A stretch of DNA of 64,000 bases from an uncultured Myxococcales bacterium (GTDB taxonomy: Bacteria > Myxococcota_A > Bradymonadia > UBA4248): contig CAYVQF010000001.1 of NCBI GenBank assembly GCA_964454015.1, positions 192,053 through 256,052 on the forward strand, written 5' to 3'. The notes below the pieces were generated by a model. It searched no databases, had not been told where the DNA came from, and was given only the letters and a program-made list of their open reading frames with translations. This document shows, in pieces, positions 30,774 through 39,505 of the stretch. The position numbers and the translations under genes are program-made. Numbering within the stretch: position 1 is the stretch's first letter; each line of letters starts with the position of its first letter.

Positions 30774-31793
30774 CTAGTCGTTTTGGTAGAGCTTGGCGGC
30801 GTCGCGCAGGGCGTGGGCCACCTGGTCGCGGAGGCGGGTTGGGGCGATGACTTCGACGTGTTTGCCCCATGACATGAGCCACGATTCGAGCTCGGGGTTG
30901 GGTGCGAGCTTGAGGTGGAGGATTTCGCGGCCGTCTTTGTGGCGCTGCCAGCCGACGAAGCCAGGCCAGGCGCGCTCTTTGACGGTGTTGACGACCTGAT
31001 TGGAGAAGGCGAGGTAGATGTCTTCAGGGGCGGCGCGGGACTTCCAGAGCCCGAGGTTGCCTTCGAAGTAGCGTTCCGGGTCGTAGGAGCGGGGTATTTT
31101 GAAGGTGCTGTTCTTGTCGATTTGGATGGCGTGGAAGCGTTCGAGGGCGAAGAGGGTGATGTGGCTGCGGCTGGTTTTGCCGAGGACGTAGAAGCCGTCG
31201 CGGTACATGACGAGGGTGTAGGGGTGGAGGGTGTGTTCGCGGGTGGCGAGAGAGCCGCTGCGTTGGTATTGGAAGGTGATGGGGCGTTTGAAGATGGTGG
31301 CGGTGACGACGGCGTCGAGGACATCGGCGCGTGAGGCGCTGCGCCCGGGTTCGCATTGATCCGTGGCGACTTTGGGTCCGAAGGGTACGTAGTGAAAAGC
31401 TTTTTGGATGCGTTCTTCGAGGGCTTCGAGGGGTGGCTTGATGCCGCCCAGGGTGTCGACGGCGAATTTGCCGACGACGTTGGCGTCGACGGCGAGGACG
31501 TGGCGCAGCGCGCAGTAGACAGCGGCGTAGCGGTAGATGTCGCCGCTGTTGACTTGGTCTTTGGCGACGACGTAGGGGACACCGCGGCGCCTGACGAGCT
31601 TGAGCACGGGTTCGCCGTTTTCAAGTAGGCGGGCTTCGAGGTGTTGGACGTAGCGTTTGACCGTGCGCGGGTTACAGGCGAGTTGCTCTGCGAGCTGGGC
31701 GACGGAGATGCCTTGCGGGCAGTTTTTTTCGACGTAGCGCAACATCTCAGCGAGTCGCAGGGCAGTGTTGTAGGTGGGCTCCCCAAAAGTCAT
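30774..31793 (-). CDS. HTH-WYL-WCX domain transcriptional regulator
   Basis: N-terminal wHTH (ISVAQLAEQLACNPRTVKRYVQHLE). Central WYL-like segment (HTLHPYTLVMYRDGFYVLG). C-terminal WCX-like region (HVEVIAPTRLRDQV). Confidence 0.85.
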   Translation of the reverse strand: MTFGEPTYNTALRLAEMLRYVEKNCPQGISVAQLAEQLACNPRTVKRYVQHLEARLLENGEPVLKLVRRRGVPYVVAKDQVNSGDIYRYAAVYCALRHVLAVDANVVGKFAVDTLGGIKPPLEALEERIQKAFHYVPFGPKVATDQCEPGRSASRADVLDAVVTATIFKRPITFQYQRSGSLATREHTLHPYTLVMYRDGFYVLGKTSRSHITLFALERFHAIQIDKNSTFKIPRSYDPERYFEGNLGLWKSRAAPEDIYLAFSNQVVNTVKERAWPGFVGWQRHKDGREILHLKLAPNPELESWLMSWGKHVEVIAPTRLRDQVAHALRDAAKLYQND

Positions 31794-32034
31794 GGCGTGC
31801 GTTCCTCAATGGCGACCGACAGGCGTGGCGGAGTGATTGTGGCCACAAAGTAGAAGCAAATAGCGATGAGAGGTGATAATTCTCTCAATGCCGATAGGCA
31901 TGGTATTCAAAAGGCGCATGGTCGTCGAGGGGGGAATGTTTCTGGAACACGCATTTTCGCCAAGAAAGGCGAATTGGCGTGCGGGTTGCTTTGGTGGAAA
32001 CCCGCGGAGGGGTGCCAGATATTTCGAATTCCTT

Positions 32035-32051
32035 CGCGCTCAATGAGCGCG
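32035..32051. promoter_or_regulatory. perfect 8-1-8 palindrome CGCGCTCA-A-TGAGCGCG in a long intergenic region (candidate operator)
   Basis: Seen directly in the sequence. It lies between the divergent WYL regulator and the PHP-like gene. Confidence 0.2.
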
Positions 32052-32432
32052 CCATGAAATCCCAATTTCTGAGTGGTGGTTGCACTTTATGCGGGGCAGA
32101 GTGAGGTGGTGCCATTGGTGTTGGGGGGGGCGTTGCGTGGCGGCGGTGGCTGGCGTGGGTGGGTCGTTGGATGGGGTTGCTGGTGGTTCTGTCAGCGAGC
32201 GATTTGCTGTTGGCTGATGGCGGCGAGTGGGGCATTGGGGGGACATTTTGGTGCTGTCGCTGCGTATTCCATGATGTCTGTGAGTGGCATTTGGGTCGGG
32301 TATCGCTTTTGGCGAGGGCAACCTGGCTTGCCAGTGGCGCGCGCATGGCGTAGGAGTAGGCTGTAGCGGGAGGTGTGCGTGCTGCGGTGGCGCGCCTCTC
32401 GGGAGGATTGGAGCAGTGCCCCGTTGGGAGGA

Positions 32433-33338
32433 ATGGCGCAAATGTTGGTTGATTTCTTTACTTACACCGACGCGACGGAAGGCGGCGTCCTTTCGATAGA
32501 CGAGATATTGGCTGCGGCGAAGGCGCAGGGATTGGATGGTGTGTGTGTGGTGGATCGTGAGCACAGCCGGCATGCGCAGACGTTGGTGGAGGCGGGGCAG
32601 GCGCATGGTCTTTTCGTAGCGGTAGGGGTGGAGATTGCTACGGAGGATGGTTTGGCGGTGGCCTTTGCGCCGCAGATCGACCAGGTGTTGTTGCACGAAG
32701 AGTGGCGGCGTCTGACGACTTGTGGTCGTCCGTCGCTGCAGGAAGTGGTGGACTATTTCGTGGGCTTGGGGGGAGCGGTGGTGGCGCGCGAGGTTTATAG
32801 CGAGGTGCAGCCATCGTTGGGTGACAAGGTGTTCATGGTTCGGGGTTTGGCTGGGGTCGATGCGTTGTCGATGCGGCGGCGTCGGATTGAGAACGAGCTT
32901 GCCCTGGAGGCGGTGCATGCGCTGGGCGTTGCGGGCGTGGCTGGTTCGGGTGCCTTTCGCAGTGTCGAGGGGATCGGGACGGTGGCGACGGTGTGTGGCA
33001 TTGGGTTGTCATCTCAGGAGGATGTGGTGCGGGCTCTCGATGGTCGAGAGTTGTGGCCGGTGGCCTTGCGCCCCATGGGATCGGCGTTGCCCCTTGGCAG
33101 TGTTCCCGGCGAGCGAAGCTCAGGGAGCCGCGATGGGGCAGGGCCTCAGGGTCCGCGGCGGAGTGAAGGGGGTGAGCGTCGCCGGCCGGAGCGGCGCGAG
33201 GGTCCGGGTGGCCGGGATCATGATCGCCATGGTCGGCCGCCGCGAGGCCATGAGCGCGGCGGTGGTGGTCGGGGTGAAGGGCGTGGTGGTCGTCCTCCGA
33301 TGGGGCGCGGGCGTCCCAGTGGCGGTCGTGGCCGTTGA
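32433..33338 (+). CDS. PHP-domain-like protein with degenerate metal site and Arg/Gly-rich C-terminal tail
   Basis: N-terminus VDFFTYTD...IDEILAAAKAQGLDGVCVVDREHS follows the PHP pattern (DxHxHT...GLdaiaiTDH), but the His residues are replaced. The last ~80 aa are RGG/RG-rich. Confidence 0.6.
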   Translation: MAQMLVDFFTYTDATEGGVLSIDEILAAAKAQGLDGVCVVDREHSRHAQTLVEAGQAHGLFVAVGVEIATEDGLAVAFAPQIDQVLLHEEWRRLTTCGRPSLQEVVDYFVGLGGAVVAREVYSEVQPSLGDKVFMVRGLAGVDALSMRRRRIENELALEAVHALGVAGVAGSGAFRSVEGIGTVATVCGIGLSSQEDVVRALDGRELWPVALRPMGSALPLGSVPGERSSGSRDGAGPQGPRRSEGGERRRPERREGPGGRDHDRHGRPPRGHERGGGGRGEGRGGRPPMGRGRPSGGRGR

Positions 33339-33522
33339 TGGCGGTTGTCGTGGGGGTTATGGTGCTGGCTTGGTGCGCGCGGCCTCGTCTTGACACGTTT
33401 TGAGGGAGCCACTAGCCTCTCCCAGCATTGTTGGGGCTGGGCAGGGGGAGTGGTTGGGTGTGCGCCGATGGCGAAGAGATAGCGTTTTCGTCGTTTGCTT
33501 TGAAGGCGTCGTGGTGAAGCGC

Positions 33523-34026
33523 ATGGAAGTGAGGTTTACAGCGGCACAAGAGGAAGAGATTGGGGCGATCGTTGGCCGCTATAGCGAGCGGAGCGCGGCG
33601 TTGATCCCCGTTCTTTTCGTTGCTCAGGAGGCTTTTGGGACGTTGTCTCCCGAGGTTTTGGCGTTGGTAGCGCAGCGTTTGGAGTTGCCGCTGGTCCAAG
33701 TGCTGAGTGTGGTGCAGTTTTACGAGATGTTCCACAGCCAGCCGGTGGGGCGGCATCATGTCCAGGTTTGTCAATCGATTTCGTGTGCCTTGTTGGGCTC
33801 AGGTCGGTTGGTGGCGCATCTCGAGAAGAAGCTGGGGGTGCGTGTGGGTGAGACGCGGCCGGACGGTGCTTTTTCGTTGAGCCGGGTGGAGTGTTTGGCG
33901 AGTTGTGGCACGGCGCCGGTGATGCGTATCAACGATGTGTACCATGAGAACATGGCTTCCCCCGAGGCCATCGATGCCGTGATTGATCCTCTTATGGAGG
34001 CGGCGGCGGACAGGAAGTCGGAATAA
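33523..34026 (+). CDS. nuoE: NADH-quinone oxidoreductase subunit E
   Basis: Thioredoxin-like [2Fe-2S] motifs (VCQSISCALLG...CLASCGTAPVMRIND). Confidence 0.9.
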   Translation: MEVRFTAAQEEEIGAIVGRYSERSAALIPVLFVAQEAFGTLSPEVLALVAQRLELPLVQVLSVVQFYEMFHSQPVGRHHVQVCQSISCALLGSGRLVAHLEKKLGVRVGETRPDGAFSLSRVECLASCGTAPVMRINDVYHENMASPEAIDAVIDPLMEAAADRKSE

Positions 34027-34054
34027 CGCAGAGGGTGGAGATCAGGAAGGGGCC

Positions 34055-35328
34055 ATGCAGAAGCTCTTTACGCGCTGTCTTGAGTTGGAGCGTCCTTGGG
34101 AGATCTCGACCTATATCGAGAAGCAGTCGGGCTATGTGGCGTTGGGCAAGGCGGTGTCCCAGTCACCAGCGGCGGTGATCGACGAGGTGCGTTTGGCGCA
34201 TTTGCGCGGACGGGGTGGGGCAGGCTTTCCGGCGGGTGGCAAGTGGGGTTTTTTAGCGCCTGCGGGTGGTAAGCCCCGTTATTTGGTGATCAATGCCGAT
34301 GAAGGTGAGCCGGGTACGTTCAAGGATCGGATGATCATGGAGTACGATCCGCATCGCCTGATCGAGGGGATCGCCATAAGCGCCTATGCCTTGCAGGTGA
34401 GTCAGGTGTACATTTTCGTGCGGGGCGAGCTGCGGGTGGCGCAGCGGCGACTAGCTCAGGCGATTGCCGACGCCGAGGCGCAAGCTTTGATCGGTGTTCA
34501 GGCGGGCGCGGGTGGCTACAAGGTGGTCATCACGGTGCACAGTGGGGCTGGGGCCTATATTTGTGGGGAAGAGACGGCGTTGTTGGAGAGTTTGGAAGGG
34601 CGCATGGGCCGTCCGCGGATGAAGCCTCCATTTCCGGCGGTGGCTGGTTTTTTGGGTTGTCCGACCATCGTGAACAATGTGGAGACCATTGCTGCGGTGC
34701 CGACGATCGTCAGCATGGGGGGGCGGCGTTTTCGGGGGCGGGTTGCGAGCGCAACGGCGGGATGAAGCTCTATGGGTTGTCTGGGCATGTGCAACGTCCA
34801 GGCATCTATGAGGCCCCGCACGGTATTCCGTTGCGGACGTTGATCTATGATGAGGATTTTGGTTGTGGCGTGCGGGGTGGTCGGGCTCTCAAGGCAGTGA
34901 TTCCAGGGGGTTCGAGCTGTCCCGTGTTGTTGCCGGAAGAGATCGACGTGAAGATGAGCTTCGACGCGCTCAAGGCGGTGGGATCCTTGTTTGGCACGGG
35001 TGGGGTGGTGGTGATGGAGGAGGGGACGTGCATGGTGCGGGTCGCGCAGAATCTGGCGCACTTCTACCATCACGAGAGCTGTGGGCAGTGCACGCCCTGC
35101 CGTGAGGGCTGTGGGTGGTTGGAGCGCCTGTTGACGAAAATCGAGGACGGTCGGGGACATGCAGGAGACCTGGCGTTGTTGTTGGAGCTTTGCGACCAGA
35201 TTGAGGGGCACACGATTTGTCCCCACGGGGACGCCGCGTCGATGGCGGTGCGTTCCTATGTGACGAAATTTCGTGCTGAATTTGAGGGGCATTTGGAGGG
35301 GAAGGGTTGCCACTTTGCTGAGTGGTAG
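34055..35328 (+). pseudogene. nuoF: NADH-quinone oxidoreductase subunit F, interrupted by a 1-nt frameshift at a G7 run (or a sequencing error)
   Basis: The N-terminal half (GRGGAGFPAGGKWGF, NADEGEPGTFKDR, NNVETIAAVP) stops at 34765. The C-terminal half (KLYGLSGHVQRPG...ESCGQCTPCREG) continues in the frame shifted by one nt. The frames join at GGGGGGG 34717-34723. Confidence 0.85.
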
Positions 35329-35402
35329 CGTGGTGGGCTTCATTGCAGTATGAGCAGAGTGTGAGACCGGTGATGGGGACAGGGTAAGCGGAGTCGGTAC
35401 AG

Positions 35403-36800
35403 ATGAGCTTGGAGCTGTTTGGTTTCGTGACACTATCGGTGGGGCTGCTGACGACGTCGGCGTTGGTGGTGTTGTTGCGCAACCCGCTCTATGGCGCTTT
35501 GTCGATGATCGCCGGTTTTTTCTTTTTGGCTGGTCTTTATCTGCAGCTCAACGCGGCGTTCGTGGCGGTGGTGCAGGTTTTGGTCTATGCCGGTGCGATC
35601 ATGGTGCTGTTTTTATTTGTGATCATGTTGCTCAATCTACGCGAGGGTGAGCTTGGTGCGCGTCGGGGGAATGTGCACAAGGTGTTGGCGGCGGTGGCGG
35701 GCGCCTTTGTTTTTGCACTGTTGGTGTGGGCCATGGTGGGTGCTCAGGTCACCTATTTGGCGTCACCGGCGGTGATGCGGAGCCATTCATTGCAGCGGCT
35801 GCGGCACCAAGGGGAGGCTTATTCCTTTGCGACGCCGGCGCAGGGCGCGGCCTTTTTTGCGGCGGTGGACCGGCTGGAGGTGTTGGCGTCGGCCCAGTTG
35901 GTTTTGGCGCACGGTCGCGATGGCTATTTGCGGGTTGATGCCTGCAGGCAGGTGGCGGCGTTGGCCCACGACCGCATCGATGGTGCGCGGTGTTCGCTTT
36001 TTGAGGTGCAAGGGGAGGCGTTGTCCATCGCGGCGGCCGAGACGGTGGCTTTTGATGCCCAGTTGGCAGAGCTGGAGTCGATGGTGAGTGGGTCGGCGTT
36101 GCCGCATCAATGGCGCGGCGAAGGGGCGCAGCGTCATGTGGCGTCGGCCCCGACGCGCGAAGAGGTAGGGGCGTTGTGGTTGCTGGAGCTGGGCTTTGCG
36201 GGTCAGTTGGAGATGCTGATCGAGCGCGAGGGGATGGGCTTGTTGGCGGAGGGCGATCAGGAGGTGCTGCGAGGCTGGCATTTGCTGGTCGATGCGCGCG
36301 TCCCTTCGGGGGTTGAGAGGGAGCGTCAGCACCCGATCCCGGCACGGGGTGAGCGTTGGTCACATGCGATGGCGCGGGCTGATTTCGTTGCGGGGAAGGT
36401 GGTGGGCGACGGGCGCCAATTCGTGGAGCGTCGGGCTCGCTTGGAGGCTGCCTATGATGTAGCTCAGCGCGAGGTGTTGGTGTTGATGCGTCGTGGGGAG
36501 CGCCAGCAAGTTGCGGCGTTGTTGCAGGGGGTGGTGGGTCCGGTGCTGGGGCAGATGGGCTACGCCGAGCGGGCGTTGGTGCAGCGTTCGTTGCAGGGGC
36601 TGCATACACCTCTGCGGCGATCGGCGGTGTTGTTGCGCGATCCTGTGATTCATGATGCCGCAGACTTTGGGCGCGCTGAGGGTGTGGGCCGGCTGCTGTT
36701 TACGCGTTTCCTGTTGCCTTTTGAGGTGACGGGGGTGTTGTTGTTGGTGGGGATGGTGGGTGCGGTGGTGTTGGCGCGTCGAGGGAAACGCAAGTTTTAG
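35403..36800 (+). CDS. nuoJ: NADH-quinone oxidoreductase subunit J with ~300-aa inserted soluble domain
   Basis: N-terminus matches NuoJ (NPLYGALSMIAGFFFLAG...VLVYAGAIMVLFLFVIMLLN). The C-terminus matches the last NuoJ TM (LLPFEVTGVLLLVGMVGAVVL). Total length is 465 aa. Confidence 0.85.
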   Translation: MSLELFGFVTLSVGLLTTSALVVLLRNPLYGALSMIAGFFFLAGLYLQLNAAFVAVVQVLVYAGAIMVLFLFVIMLLNLREGELGARRGNVHKVLAAVAGAFVFALLVWAMVGAQVTYLASPAVMRSHSLQRLRHQGEAYSFATPAQGAAFFAAVDRLEVLASAQLVLAHGRDGYLRVDACRQVAALAHDRIDGARCSLFEVQGEALSIAAAETVAFDAQLAELESMVSGSALPHQWRGEGAQRHVASAPTREEVGALWLLELGFAGQLEMLIEREGMGLLAEGDQEVLRGWHLLVDARVPSGVERERQHPIPARGERWSHAMARADFVAGKVVGDGRQFVERRARLEAAYDVAQREVLVLMRRGERQQVAALLQGVVGPVLGQMGYAERALVQRSLQGLHTPLRRSAVLLRDPVIHDAADFGRAEGVGRLLFTRFLLPFEVTGVLLLVGMVGAVVLARRGKRKF

Positions 36801-36812
36801 GAGCCAAGGGGC

Positions 36813-37124
36813 ATGGTGAGCGAGATTCCCCTCAATTACTATCTCATCGTAGCGGCAGCGTTGTTCGTCATGGGGATGATGGCGGTGCTGATGCGGCGCA
36901 ATGCGATCGTGATGTTCATGGGCATCGAGTTGATGCTCAACGCGGTGAACTTGACCTTCGTTGCGTTTGCGCGTTACCGCCTGGACATGGATGGTCATGT
37001 GGTCGCGCTGATAGTGATAGCGGTGGCGGCGGCTGAGGCGGCGGTTGGTTTGGCGATTGTCTTGAACCTTTTTAGGCATCGTCGTTCGGTAATGGTTGAC
37101 GAGGCAGATGGCTTGCAGCACTGA
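36813..37124 (+). CDS. nuoK: NADH-quinone oxidoreductase subunit K
   Basis: 103 aa with three TM helices. [16 protein letters not shown] and [12 protein letters not shown] motifs. Confidence 0.95.
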   Translation: MVSEIPLNYYLIVAAALFVMGMMAVLMRRNAIVMFMGIELMLNAVNLTFVAFARYRLDMDGHVVALIVIAVAAAEAAVGLAIVLNLFRHRRSVMVDEADGLQH

Positions 37125-37197
37125 AGGTGCGCGAGTTCTGGGTATTGTTGGTCGGTCTTTGGGCTCGAGAGGGTCCCGCAAGGTATAGATAAAAGCC

Positions 37198-39471
37198 ATG
37201 GATAGCCTGGCAACCCATCACTTTTATTATCTTGGCTTGATCGTGCTGTTCCCGTTGTTGGGAGCGCTGATCACGGGTACCCTTGGCCATTTTTTGTCCA
37301 AGCGGTGGGTGTGGACGATAGCCTGTAGTGCTGTGGGCTTGTCGTTTCTGTTTGCGTTGTCAGCGGTGATGGCGATGTGGACGGGGCGCTTGGTGCCGGG
37401 TGGTGTGGATGGGACGCAGGAGGTTTTGGAGTCGCCCCGTTTGGAGTGGACTGCCTTCGAGTGGATCAGCAGCGGTGGGTGGGCTGACGGGGAAGATGGC
37501 TATGTGCCAGTGGAGCAGTTTCAGGTCTTTGGCCCGGTGCTTTATGAGCGCTGCTGCCGGTTGGCAGGGAGCGCGCCAGCGTGGGCGCAAGGCTGTGCGG
37601 TGACGCCGGCGGGTTGTTGGGCCCAGGTCTATACGCCGACCCATCCACCAGATGCGGTCCTCCAGCCTGGCATTGGCGGCATTCGGGCGCGTTTGACGCA
37701 AGGGGGGCATCGTTTTCAAGGGGTGAATATCTCGCTGAAGTTGGTGATGGATGCGCTGAGTGCGGTCATGGTCCTCATCATTACGGGGGTGGGTTTTTTA
37801 ATCCACATCTACGCCGTGGGTTATATGCGTCATGATCGGAGCAAGGCGCGATTCTTTGCGTATATGAACCTCTTTGTGGCGGCCATGTTGTTGCTGGTTT
37901 TGGGTGGCAACCTGGTGGTGATGTTCATCGGCTGGGAGGGGGTCGGCCTGTGTTCGTATCTCCTCATTGGCTATTACTATGAACAGAAAGAGAACTGTGA
38001 TGCAGGCAAGAAGGCATTCATCGTCAACAGGGTGGGGGATTTTGCCTTCGTGCTGGGGGTGCTGACGCTCTTCTTCGCGTTTGGGACCTTCGATTTTGCA
38101 GCGTTGGAAGCGGCCGTGCGTGTGGGTGAGGGGGCGATGCTGAGCCGTGAGACGGTCCTCTTGGTGGGGGTGGGCTGTGTGCTGCTATTCATCGGGTGTA
38201 CGGGCAAGAGCGCCCAGATTCCCCTCTTTGTGTGGTTGCCCGATGCGATGGCGGGCCCGACGCCAGTGTCAGCGTTGATACACGCTGCGACGATGGTGAC
38301 GGCGGGAGTTTATTTGGTGGCGCGGCTGCATTTTCTTTTCGTGCTCTCTCCGGCGGCGATGATGTTGATCGCGCTGGTGGGTGGGGCGACGGCGCTGCTG
38401 GCGGCGAGCATTGCGGTGGTGCAGACGGATATCAAGCGCGTTTTGGCCTACTCGACGGTTTCCCAGTTGGGTTTCATGTTTTTGGCGTTGGGTTTTGGCG
38501 CGTGGTGGGTGGCGATATTCCATCTCATGACCCATGCCTTTTTCAAGGCCTTGTTGTTTTTGGGGGCTGGCTCGGTGATCGATGCGCTGCACCACGAACA
38601 GGATGTGCGCAAGATGGGTGCTTTGCGTCAGAAGCTTCCGGTTACGGCGGTGACCTTTTTGGTCGGTGCTTTGGCCATTGCCGGTGTCCCTTTGCTGTCG
38701 GGCTTTTTCTCCAAGGACCAGATCCTGTGGTTCGTGTGGTACCACCGTCTGCCTTTGGCGTGGGGACCGTTGTTGTCTTGGTCGCTGTGGAGCGTGGCGA
38801 CGGTGACGGCAGCGTTGACGGCCTTTTACATGTTTCGCCTGTATTTTCTTACCTTCGAAGGGAAGAGTCGCGTGGAGCCGTCGTTGTTGGCGGAGGTGGG
38901 TGAGAGCCCGACGACCATGTTGGTGCCGCTGGCGGTTTTGGCGCTGCTTTCGGTGGTGGGGGGATACTGGGGTTTGCCGCACGTGTTGAGTGGAGGGGTG
39001 GCCGAGCTGGAGACCCTGCGGTTGTGGTTGGAGGGGGTTTTGTATTCGCCGATGCCCCATGCGGCGCTGACGAGCGCCGGTGTGGTGGTGGCGGAGTGGT
39101 TGCTGATGGGGGTGAGCGTCTTGGTGGCGGGTGTGGGGATAGGGCTAGCCTATTGGTTGTATGTGCGTCGGCCGGAGCAGGCGGCGCGGTTGGCGGGGCG
39201 TTTGGGTGTTCTTTACCGATTGTTGTCGCGGAAGTACTACGTGGATGAGCTGTATCGTTTGGCTGTGGTCAATCCGGTGCTCGTGTTGGGGCGGTTTTTC
39301 CATCGGGTCATCGACGTGATTGTGATCGATTTCTTCGTCGTGCGCGGTGCGGCGTGGTGTTATGAGGCGGGTGGTTCGATCCTGCGGCGTTTTCAGAATG
39401 GTGACGTGCAGCGATATGCGGCGTATGTGCTGTTCGGTATAGCGGCGATTCTCTATTGGGTGGTCTTTTAG
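37198..39471 (+). CDS. nuoL: NADH-quinone oxidoreductase subunit L (expanded, 757 aa)
   Basis: LDALSAVMVLIITGVGFLIHIYAVGYM, GWEGVGLCSYLLIGYYY and SALIHAATMVTAGVYL motifs, plus a C-terminal lateral helix region. Confidence 0.95.
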   Translation: MDSLATHHFYYLGLIVLFPLLGALITGTLGHFLSKRWVWTIACSAVGLSFLFALSAVMAMWTGRLVPGGVDGTQEVLESPRLEWTAFEWISSGGWADGEDGYVPVEQFQVFGPVLYERCCRLAGSAPAWAQGCAVTPAGCWAQVYTPTHPPDAVLQPGIGGIRARLTQGGHRFQGVNISLKLVMDALSAVMVLIITGVGFLIHIYAVGYMRHDRSKARFFAYMNLFVAAMLLLVLGGNLVVMFIGWEGVGLCSYLLIGYYYEQKENCDAGKKAFIVNRVGDFAFVLGVLTLFFAFGTFDFAALEAAVRVGEGAMLSRETVLLVGVGCVLLFIGCTGKSAQIPLFVWLPDAMAGPTPVSALIHAATMVTAGVYLVARLHFLFVLSPAAMMLIALVGGATALLAASIAVVQTDIKRVLAYSTVSQLGFMFLALGFGAWWVAIFHLMTHAFFKALLFLGAGSVIDALHHEQDVRKMGALRQKLPVTAVTFLVGALAIAGVPLLSGFFSKDQILWFVWYHRLPLAWGPLLSWSLWSVATVTAALTAFYMFRLYFLTFEGKSRVEPSLLAEVGESPTTMLVPLAVLALLSVVGGYWGLPHVLSGGVAELETLRLWLEGVLYSPMPHAALTSAGVVVAEWLLMGVSVLVAGVGIGLAYWLYVRRPEQAARLAGRLGVLYRLLSRKYYVDELYRLAVVNPVLVLGRFFHRVIDVIVIDFFVVRGAAWCYEAGGSILRRFQNGDVQRYAAYVLFGIAAILYWVVF

Positions 39472-39505
39472 CCGGCGTCTTTGCGGGCGCTGACGGAAGC
39501 GAAGG

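Noticed and set aside
33983-35328. Two separate ORFs (33983-34765 and 34561-35328) as two distinct genes
   Set aside because: Together they reconstitute one colinear NuoF. The split is a single-nucleotide frameshift in a G7 run, so it is reported as one interrupted gene.
39373-39382. GGTTCGATCC, a tRNA T-arm-like sequence
   Set aside because: It lies inside the nuoL reading frame. No acceptor, D or anticodon stems can be folded around it. No tRNA was found anywhere in the window.
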